Below the pieces are notes generated by a model, which made no database searches, was not told where the DNA came from, and saw only the letters and a list, made by a program, of their open reading frames with translations. Both the position numbers and the translations under genes were made by a program. DNA of 64,000 nt from positions 33,728,001 to 33,792,000 of the forward strand of contig NC_135762.1 in NCBI RefSeq assembly GCF_052425735.1, written 5' to 3'. The DNA comes from Oculina patagonica. Its lineage: Eukaryota. Below, piece after piece: positions 33,901 through 44,517 of this stretch. How positions within the stretch are numbered: the stretch's first letter is position 1; every line of letters starts with the position of its first letter.

Positions 33901-36900
33901 AATGTCTTAACTGGAAAATTATTTCGTCATGTTCAAGTGTTGAATAATCGTGACTTGAGAAAGAACTTTTAATTATGCGTGGGAACACGTGTCGCTGATT
34001 GGCTGTTTTTAATTGAAACTAATCGTGCGTGTCCGTACGGAGTCCGTTCTTGCAGCTGATCATTGTTTTCTACATTACAGCAAACGATTATCGATCCCGA
34101 ACCATTCCCTTGGGATTGCTAACAGCTTTTTTCATATAACAAAGAGTCTAATGCGCATGCGCAAAGCGCACGCAAGCATTAGACTCAAAAAACCATCGCA
34201 TTTTATTCCAGTTGCATTGCTCCTCCGATTTTTCTTCCGTTTCCCCTAAAACTACAACACATTCACAAACACTTCCAAATTGGATACAAGCAAAGCTGAG
34301 TTAAGCTGACTGGGCTTCCTCAGTTGTTCAGCCTAATTTTTTTACCTTTCATGAGACCCTTTCGCTGCAATACCCAACCTTGTCAAAGCTAAAAATCCAG
34401 TGAGCCTCCATTCTCATCAAAAAATGTGCTCAAGAATGTGATTTTTTTTTCATCAGTAACGTTTATAAGTTTATCTTACCTTCTTTCTAGAGTGGTCGCT
34501 TCACTGCATGGCAGCTTAGTGCCCGGAAGTTCACAAGTCGCTTGAACCTGTAAGATTGGTCTCCTGTCGACAGGAACATCAGCAATCAGCGCTACGTCAC
34601 CGATCCACATCATACGCTTGCCGCCACGAACCCCCACCCCTACCCAGTGCTTTGAACCATTTGTCACGTGTGCGTGGTCGTTCACAACGATCTCGAACTC
34701 CAGCATGATCTTGTTATCTGGGTGATCCACAGTCCCGATGGTATTTTCTACCGTGCCGAAGTCGATCGTACCGCGGTCGTAAAGCTTCTGATCTCCGACG
34801 GTGGAAGTGAGTTGTGCAGTTATTTGGCTAAGGGCAGTGTTGTTTTTGATGTTTGTACCAACTTGGACGACACGAAGTGAGACAAGAGACATGATTGAAG
34901 TTTCATTCACAGGAAGGATGACCTGTAATAGTAAAATATCACTGAAATGTTTCCTCTTCATTACTCGAGCTGAAAAACTGGGCGTTTTTCTGCAAACGTG
35001 ACCATTAGAGACTTGTTAAGTTGACAAGCGCAACACTACCCCGACTATTCTTGATGTAATTGCTTTGTTTTTCAAAGTTATTCTCTCACCAGTATTACGT
35101 TTATAAAAAAGAGGCACTAAGTTTTCCATACGCCATTGTTGTTGGCATATTACAAAGAAGCACTATAAAGTCCAGTTATTTTATGGCTTTTGTCACGAGA
35201 AAAACTAGAAAGCTCTCGCGTGTATTTAAGAAGTTGTCACCTAGCTCTGCAAGACGCATGCTCATAGCAGTCAAACGTACGGCGCGTGCGCATTCTTGCC
35301 AAGATTGTTACCAAGTGATTTTGCTTAAAGTCAATAGATAAAGCAAAATGTGATAATTTAGTACTTGTTGGCCCCTAGCATTATCTTGTTATGTCTTTGC
35401 AATGTGCTAATGTTGTAACGATTTCTTACCAATGTCTAGCACATTATGCTTCGAACTCTTCAATTCAATTCAAGTCATGCAATGTTTTAAAAACCGGAAG
35501 CGATGATGAAGTTTGGCGTTTGATCGCCGCGCGGGGACACAATTAGGACGCCTTAATTGCTCAGGAACCTGACGTTTACTGATGACTTAGTTATTTCTTC
35601 GAGGGGGGTCCCAAACAAAAAAGCGCCAGTGTTAACGACTGTGAGAATCAAGTAATAAGTACCAAGACAACTGTAAAATTCAGTGAGATAAAACCTCCTA
35701 CCTCTACTTTTAAAGTGGAAACGATTCGTCTCATCAATATGTTGAAGGAAAACTTGGCGCGGCCACCGATTCGTATCTGATTGGTCGAATTGTTGAGTTT
35801 TAGCGAGAAACCTGGGACTCCAGCCACGAAGGGCGGTGAAGGCTTGTGGGTAGTGTTGAGTTTATCATCTCCTCTCAAGTTCTGGTAATTGAGCTGAAGA
35901 AAGATATCAAGTGGCTCGAGTGGAGAAATTTTGTCGCTGACAATCAGAACTAAATCCCCAGTTATCTGTTGCCCTGAAAGATAAGAAACAATGTTAATAA
36001 AAAGAAATTGTCCGTCACAGGAAGGAATCCAGTCAAGCGCAAGGCACGCGAATTTTGTAATTAGGCACTTTGTTAAATTGCCCGCTACCATTTGGTGAAA
36101 AATAGAGTGCTGAAAACCACCATTAACTAATTAATTTTAACAATGTTGGTATAGATATGATGAAAGGATATTAGAAGATATAATTGGCTACAAACACCAC
36201 ATTTTGATAATGAAAGCTACTGCTTACCTTTTGCCAACGTTGCGACGGCGATTTCACCGGATTGAAAATGACTGTTTATCGTCAGTGGCTGGTCTGAGCC
36301 ACCTGGCTCATCATAGGTCCCCTCCAGAATTTGCAGTGTGTTAGAGTAGAATGATACTCGCACGTTCTGCGCGTCCTCGTAAGATGTGTTTTCCATGTGA
36401 TTGACAGTCCAGTTGACAAACAGCTTGTCTCCGATCAAGTATCGATTACTGGCAGTGTCGTTGGTAGTTGTAAATGTGGCCGTTAGCGATGGCTCACTCT
36501 ATTTGTAGCAAAAATGAAAAAAAAAGAAGTGTAAAAAATAATAAAAAGTAGCGGACTGATAAATTGATTAAACTTTTTATTATTTAACTCCACTCAGCCA
36601 GTGGAGGTATCACTTATCTGCACACAAAGCTAAACACAGTTCAAAGCCTGGTTATCGGGCAAGAAAAACCTTTTCTATAAGTTATAGTGCGTAATCTTGC
36701 TGTATATGTCGTTTGTAGCTCGGCGCACCTCACAAGATGGCCGGAATACAGAAACACTTGTTACAATATACACAAATACTGCATACTCCAAATTGTTTTT
36801 CATGTAAGTCTTTTTCTTCAGTTTCTGAACTCAGTCGTCAGTCAGTCAGTCACTCAATCAGTCAGTCAGTCAGTCAGACAGTCAGTCAATCAGTCAATCA

Positions 36901-37286
36901 AGCTTTCGAAACTAATATTACACCAACTTCTATTCCCTGAGGGAATCTGAGATTAAAAAGTGATACGCACCTTGTACACATACAGCGCCTCTTGACCCAC
37001 CCACAGCATTTGATAGCCACTGCGCATGCCTGCTCCCACCCAATGTTTTGAGTCATTGGCCAGCATGGGATGATCTCGTATAGTGACGTTGTATTCTATG
37101 ACGATCTTGTTAAGGGATGCATCGCTCCCACGTACCTTGTAGGGAAATAAAACAAATGAAGAAGAAGGGAAATTGAATTAGCAGATTTTGTTCTTAGCGT
37201 ATTTGGACGTCTTGCTTCTTTTCAACTCATGGAATATCACAAAACGAAATGTTGGGATGGTGAGGACTCACGTCACGTGTCAACAC

Positions 37287-37344
<58 letters not shown>

Positions 37345-40300
37345 TAATAATAATTTGCTAATTTATATAGTGCATATTATTGTCACATCAAGTAACACAC
37401 ATCACGTTGCATGGCATCTCGACACGTCATGTCAACCAGTCTTACAAATGGGTATGATTTCTGCTTCACTCTACGGTATACGGTTTCAGTCATATTTTAT
37501 TATATATGAACTAGATCTAGACAAGACTCTCTAAATCATACACATAACTTAGTATCGCCATCTGTGACAATTCCACAGAGGGTTTCACTTACAGTTAAGT
37601 TTCCGAAGTCCAGAACAGCCCGATCATTGAAGGGCGCTTCGTCACTGGAATCGTATGAAACAGGAGCAGCCGGTATTCCGCCTCCAGAAGTCTTGACGTT
37701 GCTTCCCACGCTCTTGACTTGTACATTGTGCAGCTCCATGAAGGAGAAATCATTGATGTTGGTGCTTATCTCCACCAGCAGCGAAAAGTCCAGATGGGGC
37801 ATGGTGATAGTCATGGTATAACCCGTGGTATTGCTAACCCATAAGTCTGCAAATCATATCAAAGGCAAGGCAGTGAATATATCAACCCCTAAGATCTAAT
37901 CAGGAACACTTGCAATCAGTATGATTTGTAAAACGACATATGTGTTTTTGGGTGACGTTCAATTAAAATTGTGCTGTGTTCATTTTTTACTACAGCCAAG
38001 TAAATAACCAAAACAGTATGATTATAAATCAACATGTGCTTGATCAAGTTGATACTCATCAGTAATACACTTACATGAGTACGAATTCCTTGTCATTGAT
38101 ACTGTTGGGAACACAGCATACAGGGTTGGCTGTGAGGGAGCTGGGCCATAATGGTAATTGTCGCCGCCGCCATCCTGGCCAGTGACTAGCACAGCAAAGT
38201 AAAGATTTGACAAAGGCTGAATCGAGTCTGTAACCTTAGCCCCGAAAGTAACAGACACCAAATCTGCGCTACCAAGCGTTGTGACATCGAAAGAAATTGC
38301 GCTGGAGTTGAACTGGGGCCCTCCAGTGATACTCCCGACGCCGGCCAATACTGACCAGGAATTTTGTACAGGCTCCAGGAACTGGGACCAGAGAACAACT
38401 TTCAGGTTGTTTTTCAAATCCACCGCTACTGACTGGTTGTGTGTCAAGTTAAGTTGGAACGAGATCGTGTCGCCAATGTTGTAGTAGGTGACATTATGAA
38501 TTACTGGGTTGAAATCAGCTTTCAACGACTGCGAGACTGTCGAAGGCTAAAAAACAATGAATTATTCACCACAACTAAGAAAATTTTTTATACCTGTTTC
38601 TCTAACTATCAAAGAGCTCTGAATGTTTGCCTCCTTGCTTAACGCGCGATTTTAAAAGTCATTGTATTTAGCTGAGTAAATCGACGCATAAAGACTCTCG
38701 TTTGTTCTCGAATAGCATAAAACAACCGATTGGTAGGAAAATCTTGTCAGTAGTGACGTAAAGGCTTACATTTGGGATAGAGCGTCTGACAACATGATGC
38801 ATTTCCTCTGCGTCGTCATCATCACAGTCGTCTTGGAATTCATTTACACAGGCTGCGTCTGAAAAAAGTGTTTCATAACAAGTTTAGGGCATTTGCGTAT
38901 GTTGCATTTAAAAAGGACCTCTCGGGGTCTGGGGAGAGGGGGGGGGGGGTGAGGGTGTTTACACGTTTCTTTGAAGTTTCTCTCTTGTTCCCTACATTTT
39001 TTCTTTTTTTTTTCTAGGAGGCTCACGAAGATCTAAAACAAAAAGACTGCGCTCAAAATTATGGCATACTACTGAAGCTAAAGTAGATAAGTGTGTAGTG
39101 GTTCCATACTTAATAAAGAATTGCTGTTTCCAGCTGCTAACGATTCATGTCGCTGACGCGCGCATTTAAAACATAATATGTATTATCTCTCGTGAGTTAA
39201 CAGACTCGCTGTTTGCAGTACATATCACCATAGCAATTAACACACGCAAGCTTAGCAAGCACTTGCTTTACAAGAACTGTCAAATTGATTTCGCTTGTCT
39301 GTGTTCGTAAGCTAATTTTCAACATCATCGCCCGCTCTTATCAAAACCGGCCCTTTCCACTAGTAGACCGTCTCTTGTTAGTGAAGGAGCTCCTTGTTAA
39401 TCTAAAAATATTTTGACAACCTTAGGACGCTTATCATCGTCAACAAGAGAACAAGAAAAAGCCAAAGTTAAATTTCATGTCATCACGGTTTGCAGCACCT
39501 GTAACTTTGAAACTTCATTCTGAATAAATCAGCTTTTCAGTTCACCATTTTTCTTTTTCCTTTCTCATTACATTTTCCCTTGTCTGCTTTTGACAGAAAA
39601 TAAGGACCATTACATATAATTCCGCAAAATGTTGAACTTTTTGCTTCTTATTGCGACTAGCTAAAATTTTAGCAATCCACAAAGTAGTTTTTGATATTGA
39701 TGTATGGTAAATTGCCGTTCGAACTAACATAAACGTTTGAAAAATTTCCGGCATCGCGTTCAAGTTATTTCCTCGTGTATGACATTCCGTTCAAAAAGGA
39801 AAAGATCTGAGATACAATTCTCGAAACAAGAAAGATAAAAACTTATAAACAGGACTGATAAATTCAAAGCTTTTCATATTGAGTTTAACTACTCCAATAT
39901 CTCTTTAAGCTAACTGACCAAATTTAATGACATCTTTTCAGTATGTAGATATGTGATTCTAAATTTTAGTCCCCGCTACAACACGCTGTCAAACTCTGAG
40001 ACATTAGCAAGTTGAGCCGGCACAAACGACAGCTGAAATCCAAGCTCCATTCAAATAGAAATACAATCTACTTTGTTTCAAGATTAAGATCCTAAAACTT
40101 AGCCAATCTGTCCTATTTTATTGCAATGTCTTAGCCGGCTTTCTTTTCCGATCGTAGATCGTAGTGCGTAGCGCGCATAAAAGGTCATCAGTTATCAGAA
40201 ATCTTTGAAGAAGATAACTTTATGCTGTAAATACTTACTCGCCGCATTGTAAAAGGAAAGTTGTTTTATAAGGCAAAACAAAAAATGTCTTACCCACCGC

Positions 40301-41890
40301 ACACGTCTTCAGGTTGAAAATGTAAATTTAAGTTTACTAGGTTATACGCAGCTCTACAAGATTGAACTCTCAACTAACATTGTAACTATTTTACTGCTGT
40401 GATCTCTTTTGAACAGCGCCAGCGGTATCAAGGGTTTTTTCCAAACCCAATTTCAGGAGTGAAAATTGTCGGTTTCTGACGAATTTCAGAAACATTTGTT
40501 TTTAGCAAATTTAATTTAGTTGCTTAGCTTCATTATGAATTTCTCACTATACCTGGTTTTTAGTGTGAAATGCTGTGCTGGTTTTTAATGTGCAAATGCT
40601 GTTTATTTTCTCCCCGTTTCAGCTGCTACTTTCAAGACACTACGGAATAAACTGACTAGGGCCTCGGGAAAAGAAATTCAATGACGTTTACTCTGAAACG
40701 TTTTCACAAACTTATGTAAGCTTTCAAATACAAAAAACAATTGACACTATTTCGTGTATATTCAATAGAAGAAACAATTTTTGTTCAATCCCTTAAAGCA
40801 GACCAATACTGGTCTTTTGGTTGTTTCGTTAAGGGAAAAAATGTTAAGTTGCATGTAGGTCAGACGATTTGTAACTGTACGTAAGAAATAAATTATTTCG
40901 TTTCACATGGCATATATCCAAACCACTTCAGTATTAGAAAACAAATTTTCTTTTGTATTCAGGCGTTGAAGGCAACCTACTGTTCCTATATTGTTGCACC
41001 GTTATTCCCAAGGATGGTCGAAACGCCAAAATTATAAGAATGATTGTGTATAGAGCAGATTCAGTATCGTATTGAGTTACAAACCAACATACAGTAAAAC
41101 CAAACAAGCTTCGTTATGTGCAAACTTACATTGCACGCTGCGACACTTTCGTTCGTTAATAATACATGACAACGGAGTACTGTACTGCAATCGACGAAGC
41201 TTTTTACTATAGTTGTAAACGGAAGCCGAGCTCTGCCTCCAGTAAAACCATAATGCAATTAAACGTTTAAAGAAAGGCTATTTATGGTCAGTTAAAACTA
41301 GTCGGGGACGGCTTTTAAGGGTTTGGACGTTTGAACACAGGTATATTTCGATTCGTTTTGATTAAAAGTTAGAAAGCTAAATATTTTTCACGCGTAACAC
41401 AAAAACATCTGTTGCGAGCATTAATGTAAATTCAAAAAGGGTTGTTCTTGTTGTTAGACTTCACTGATAAAAGCAAAATGTTTTATGCAATATTTTTGAG
41501 GTCTCTATTCTACTACTGACCCATTTAAAGATCCGAAGCTAAAAGGCAACTCAGCGAAATTTCGTCCTGTGAAGATCGCTCGCGTACTGAGCAAAATTTA
41601 TTACATCTCAATTTTTTTCGCATTTTGCTTCGTAACAATTCATAATTTCCAGTTTGTTATAATCAAAATCGGCGTGAAATCGGTTCGAATGGTCGTAAAA
41701 TTTCAATAATTTGCGGTCATGGATTAATCGAAAATTTTCGCTAATGTGCTTCGAGGATTAAGCGTAAATAAAGGAAACAGAATTGTTATTTTTTATACTT
41801 ACGAGCCATGGGTCTGCCGGCAACGAAGAATGTTGCAAAGCAACAAATAAGGAAATATACGCCGCACAATGAGGTTGTACAAGCGTTCAT
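24932..41890 (-). CDS. Uncharacterised large secreted glycoprotein (~965 aa, 15 exons): signal peptide, acidic pro-region, repeated beta-sandwich units, Cys/Trp C-terminal domain ending WKCCGN
   Basis: Exons 5'->3': 41803-41890, 38770-38858, 38075-38546, 37593-37846, 36971-37135, 36228-36498, 35702-35973, 34480-34922, 30304-30469, 29948-30137, 29006-29044, 28618-28690, 27405-27454, 26486-26734, 24932-25008 (TGA). Total 2898 nt, all GT-AG, phases join into one open frame. N-terminus MNACTTSLCGVYFLICCFATFFVAGRPMAHAACVNEFQDDCDDDDAEEMHHVVRRSIPN. Many N-X-S/T sequons; no transmembrane segment seen. Confidence 0.85.
25201..25810. mobile_element. piggyBac-type MITE with TTAA TSD
   Basis: ttaa|CCCTATCCAG ... 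CTGAATAGGG|ttaa. Confidence 0.8.
27465..27694. repeat. 78-bp tandem repeat, 3 copies
   Basis: AATAAACACCAGACA.GATTAGTCCAAATTCCCTTTACTGATT...GTTGTGAG starts at 27465, 27543 and 27621. Confidence 0.95.
27828..28273. mobile_element. TA-target MITE
   Basis: ta|CACTCTTTTTATTTTATAAGAAT ... ATTCTTATAAAATAAAAAGAGCG|ta, with internal ATTCTTA repeats. Confidence 0.8.
29415..29656. mobile_element. MITE with 8-bp TSD and TGCTCG repeats
   Basis: AATCGATT on both sides (29407-29414, 29657-29664); imperfect TIR AGGAGTCAAGAATGG / CCATTTGATACCCCT; more than ten TGCTCG motifs inside. Confidence 0.7.
31195..31745 (+). mobile_element. 5'-truncated Penelope-like retroelement (GIY-YIG endonuclease C-terminus, one frameshift)
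   Basis: KVYIGMTEHSFKTRYNNHKLSF...LSKYIW...IKWSIV..ASSY....RCNLCLTEK, continuing after a frameshift near 31438 as CILSADRSTLLNKRSELITKCRHENKF to TGA at ~31567. YIG, CNLCL.EK and LLNKRSE..KCRH are Penelope EN motifs. Confidence 0.88.
31601..31650 (+). ncRNA. Minimal type I hammerhead ribozyme in the 3' region of a Penelope-like element
   Basis: CGGCACAGT-CTGATGA-TCGC-CTCGT-GCGT-GAAAC-TTTAA-GTA-ACTGTCCG. Stem I ACAGT/ACTGT, core CUGAUGA and GAAA, short stem II CGC/GCG, minimal stem III, GUA cleavage triplet ending at 31642. Lies ~35 bp after the stop of the Penelope GIY-YIG frame. Confidence 0.8.
36838..36900. repeat. (TCAG/TCAA)n microsatellite
   Basis: Seen directly. Confidence 0.85.
37288..37353. 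repeat. (TAA)n microsatellite
   Basis: Seen directly. Confidence 0.95.
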
Positions 41891-44369
41891 CTTTATGGAT
41901 CGTGCTGAGCGAATTTAGACCATGAAGAAGATTTCCGTTTTCTCCCGAAATATCGAACTTCTTCACCTGTCCACTATATCGGACAAATCGTCGCTTTAAA
42001 AGATGTCCAAGACTTGAGTTATGAGGTGCCTGTCTTTTGTCTCCTATTGGGCAATTCTGACACTTTGCAATAGCTAGAAATTTGAATTTCAAAGGCGAGT
42101 CAACAAAACGATATGCAAATTTCCCGTTCACTCACGCTTGTATAAATAAGCAAAAAACCCAGCGATCTTAGCTGAATTATCAGGGCTAGAAACTCTGCCT
42201 TGAAAATTACTTCTCGAAAAGTAACTCTCGATTTTCTTAGCGTATTATTTATTGATATTCAATGCATATGAAACGAACCTACAGCTGCGCAAGCAAGCTT
42301 GTATAATAAAACCTTTGGTTTTGTTAACTTCCATAGAAGGTAAATTACACAGCTAAAATTAATTGATAGACGATCGGTAACTATGGAACCGGGATTCGCT
42401 GATTAATAAGAAAAAGGCCTCATGTCTGCGAGTTAACTTACACACACCAGGTGGGCTACTTTAAAAAAAGTTATATTTGGGTTTCCATTTCAAAGGAGGG
42501 AAAATATTGCAAGTAAACCTATAAAATTATTTAATCAGGCTTACTGATGTGAACGACTTTTCTCGTTACGCGTAAAAGGAGACATGAAGCCGAAACCTGA
42601 GTTCTTGGTTGTGTGTACGTAAGTAATTAAAAATAGTGTCATGAAATGCAACTGTTGTTAGGGGATTGGAAGAGAAAATCAGTCAAAAAAAATAACAAAA
42701 GAACTACGAATGCCAATCTTAATTCAATTTTTAGTGTTCTACAAAGAAAAGTGAGATATAGTAAAAACTCATTTGTTTAACGGAGCTTGAATCGCTGGAA
42801 ACTTCTTACATTAAAATGCAAGACGTGGTCACTGAACCGTTTCGTTTCGTTTTTACTCCTTTCAGAAAAAAAAAAATCTTTGAAAAGTTAAGGTTTTTTT
42901 TACGCGAGTTTTTTGCAAGTCACCGTTTACAGTCAAACGTGTGCTGGCTAGAGACATGACCGGAAAGACATGAAAGCAGGTGGCAAATAAATATAAATAG
43001 TAACCCTGAGGACAGTTTGACGGGCCGACACAACTACGAACAAAATTCCTGTTTGCAGCAGTTTTGACATCTGTGATGGTAATTGAGATCACCGCGCTAT
43101 TGTGATCTCACGGCATGCAGTTTGTTTTTAGAGCAATAAGCACTCATGTCTACATTATCGTCCTTGAAAAGCAGTCAATTTTGTCTTCTTGAGTTGCTAT
43201 CTGAGTGTTTCGCCACAGATGCATTTTCGTTTTAAAAATTGACAGATTGAACTTCCTTTAGATCACTTTTTTGTCAGTTTAGGTTCAATTTTTTAAAGAC
43301 CATTGGACAGTTCACTCAGAGTCATGTTTAGAAAGGTGGAAAATGTTAATTGCCTTTAGGCTACCGAGTCGATACCGGGCGTAAATTTTATAACATAATT
43401 TTACACTATTAAATGATAACCCCTAGGTTTTGTTCAAGTAGCAGTTTGTTCAAGCGGTGGGGTTTTCTCAGGGTGGTGGTGGTGAGGGCTTGGGGACCGG
43501 GAGGGATTAGGGATATTATCGGAGGGATTTTTTTTTAATACTTGATGCGGTTTACTACATACCACTGATTCCGGACTGAGGAAGTTATAAGCTAATTTGA
43601 AATAAAAATGAAACATCAATCGGGTATCATGCATTTCTTCCATATACAAACAGTACACTAATTTGTGTTTATTCCCTTAAAAACACATTTTATAATAACA
43701 CAGCAATAAAGAATACCACCTAGATTGTGCGCGGCAACTTTGAGGATTCCGAGCAACTTTTTTGAAGGAGAGCAACTTTTCCAAATTAAGCATAATTTCG
43801 GCAGCTTTTGAGCAAGTTTGAGCCGAAATGCTAGAATTGTTTACGTTATTGACATTCCTTGTAGACCATATGGTACAAGTAAACTCTGGAACTGTTCTAG
43901 AAACATCTCAGCACGTTTCTGAATCTCTGTAAAAAAAGTTCTTTTTGCCGAAGGGGAAGGGGTAGGCGGCGCCGGGGAGAACAGGCTGACCACAAGGTAA
44001 CCTGTGGTGTTTAACTGCAAATACATTGATGTGCTGTATAAAAACATAATGGCAGACGTCTCGTTATCTTCTTCAAGTGACGAGGAAAGAGTGTTAGGAG
44101 ACCCCATTCAGTTTGCAACCAGACAAAGGAGCCTGTATTTGGCTAGCAAATTCGGAGCCCGAGAGAGAGCTTTTATTTCCCAAAAGGGAAAACCAATCGT
44201 TAATAGTGGTAATTAATTTTTGACTGCAATTTTTTAGATTTAATACAACTTTTGAAAATCTGAGCAAATTTTAAGCATTTTTTGGCATACATTTTGGAGC
44301 AAAATAATCATAAACCGTTGGGGATTGAGGCGAGTGTGGTAGCACGCAATGCATCATGGTATGCACAGT

Positions 44370-44383
44370 GTTTCCTTAGCAAC
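44370..44383 (+). promoter_or_regulatory. RFX X-box upstream of the RIBC gene
   Basis: GTTTCCTTAGCAAC fits the X-box pattern GTNRCC-N0-3-RGYAAC with one mismatch and lies ~135 bp upstream of the ATG of a motile-cilia gene. RFX control of ciliary genes is established. Confidence 0.7.
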
Positions 44384-44517
44384 CGTGCAAAGCAAGAAGA
44401 ACTGATTACAAAAGGCGGCCAGCAACACAGTTTGCTTTAGATACAGGCCAAGAACAGTGCAAAGGTAAAGCAGTGATCATCATTTTAGTGCGCTAGAGAT
44501 CTCAAGAACGAGAGAAA

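Larger units (their letters stand above)
30655..34192 (-). mobile_element. Non-autonomous Helentron/DINE-like element (~3.5 kb including the nested Penelope fragment)
   Basis: 11-bp sub-terminal inverted repeat GAGTCTAATGC (30679-30689) / GCATTAGACTC (34176-34186). A third copy at 34144-34154 forms a 5' fold-back. A short hairpin GTCACC-aag-GGTGAC (30662-30676) lies just outside the 3' subTIR. T-runs at both ends on the minus strand; no TSD. Confidence 0.72.

Noticed and set aside
40235-40310. Two strong minus-strand GTAAG donors as possible micro-exons of the orphan gene
   Set aside because: No phase-compatible acceptor found; exons 41803-41890 and 38770-38858 join directly in phase.
43720-44330. 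Short ORFs 43841-44107 and 44004-44216 as a small gene
   Set aside because: No recognisable motif or splice chain; flanked by GAGCAA(C/A)TTT repeats suggesting a decayed DNA element whose ends I could not define.
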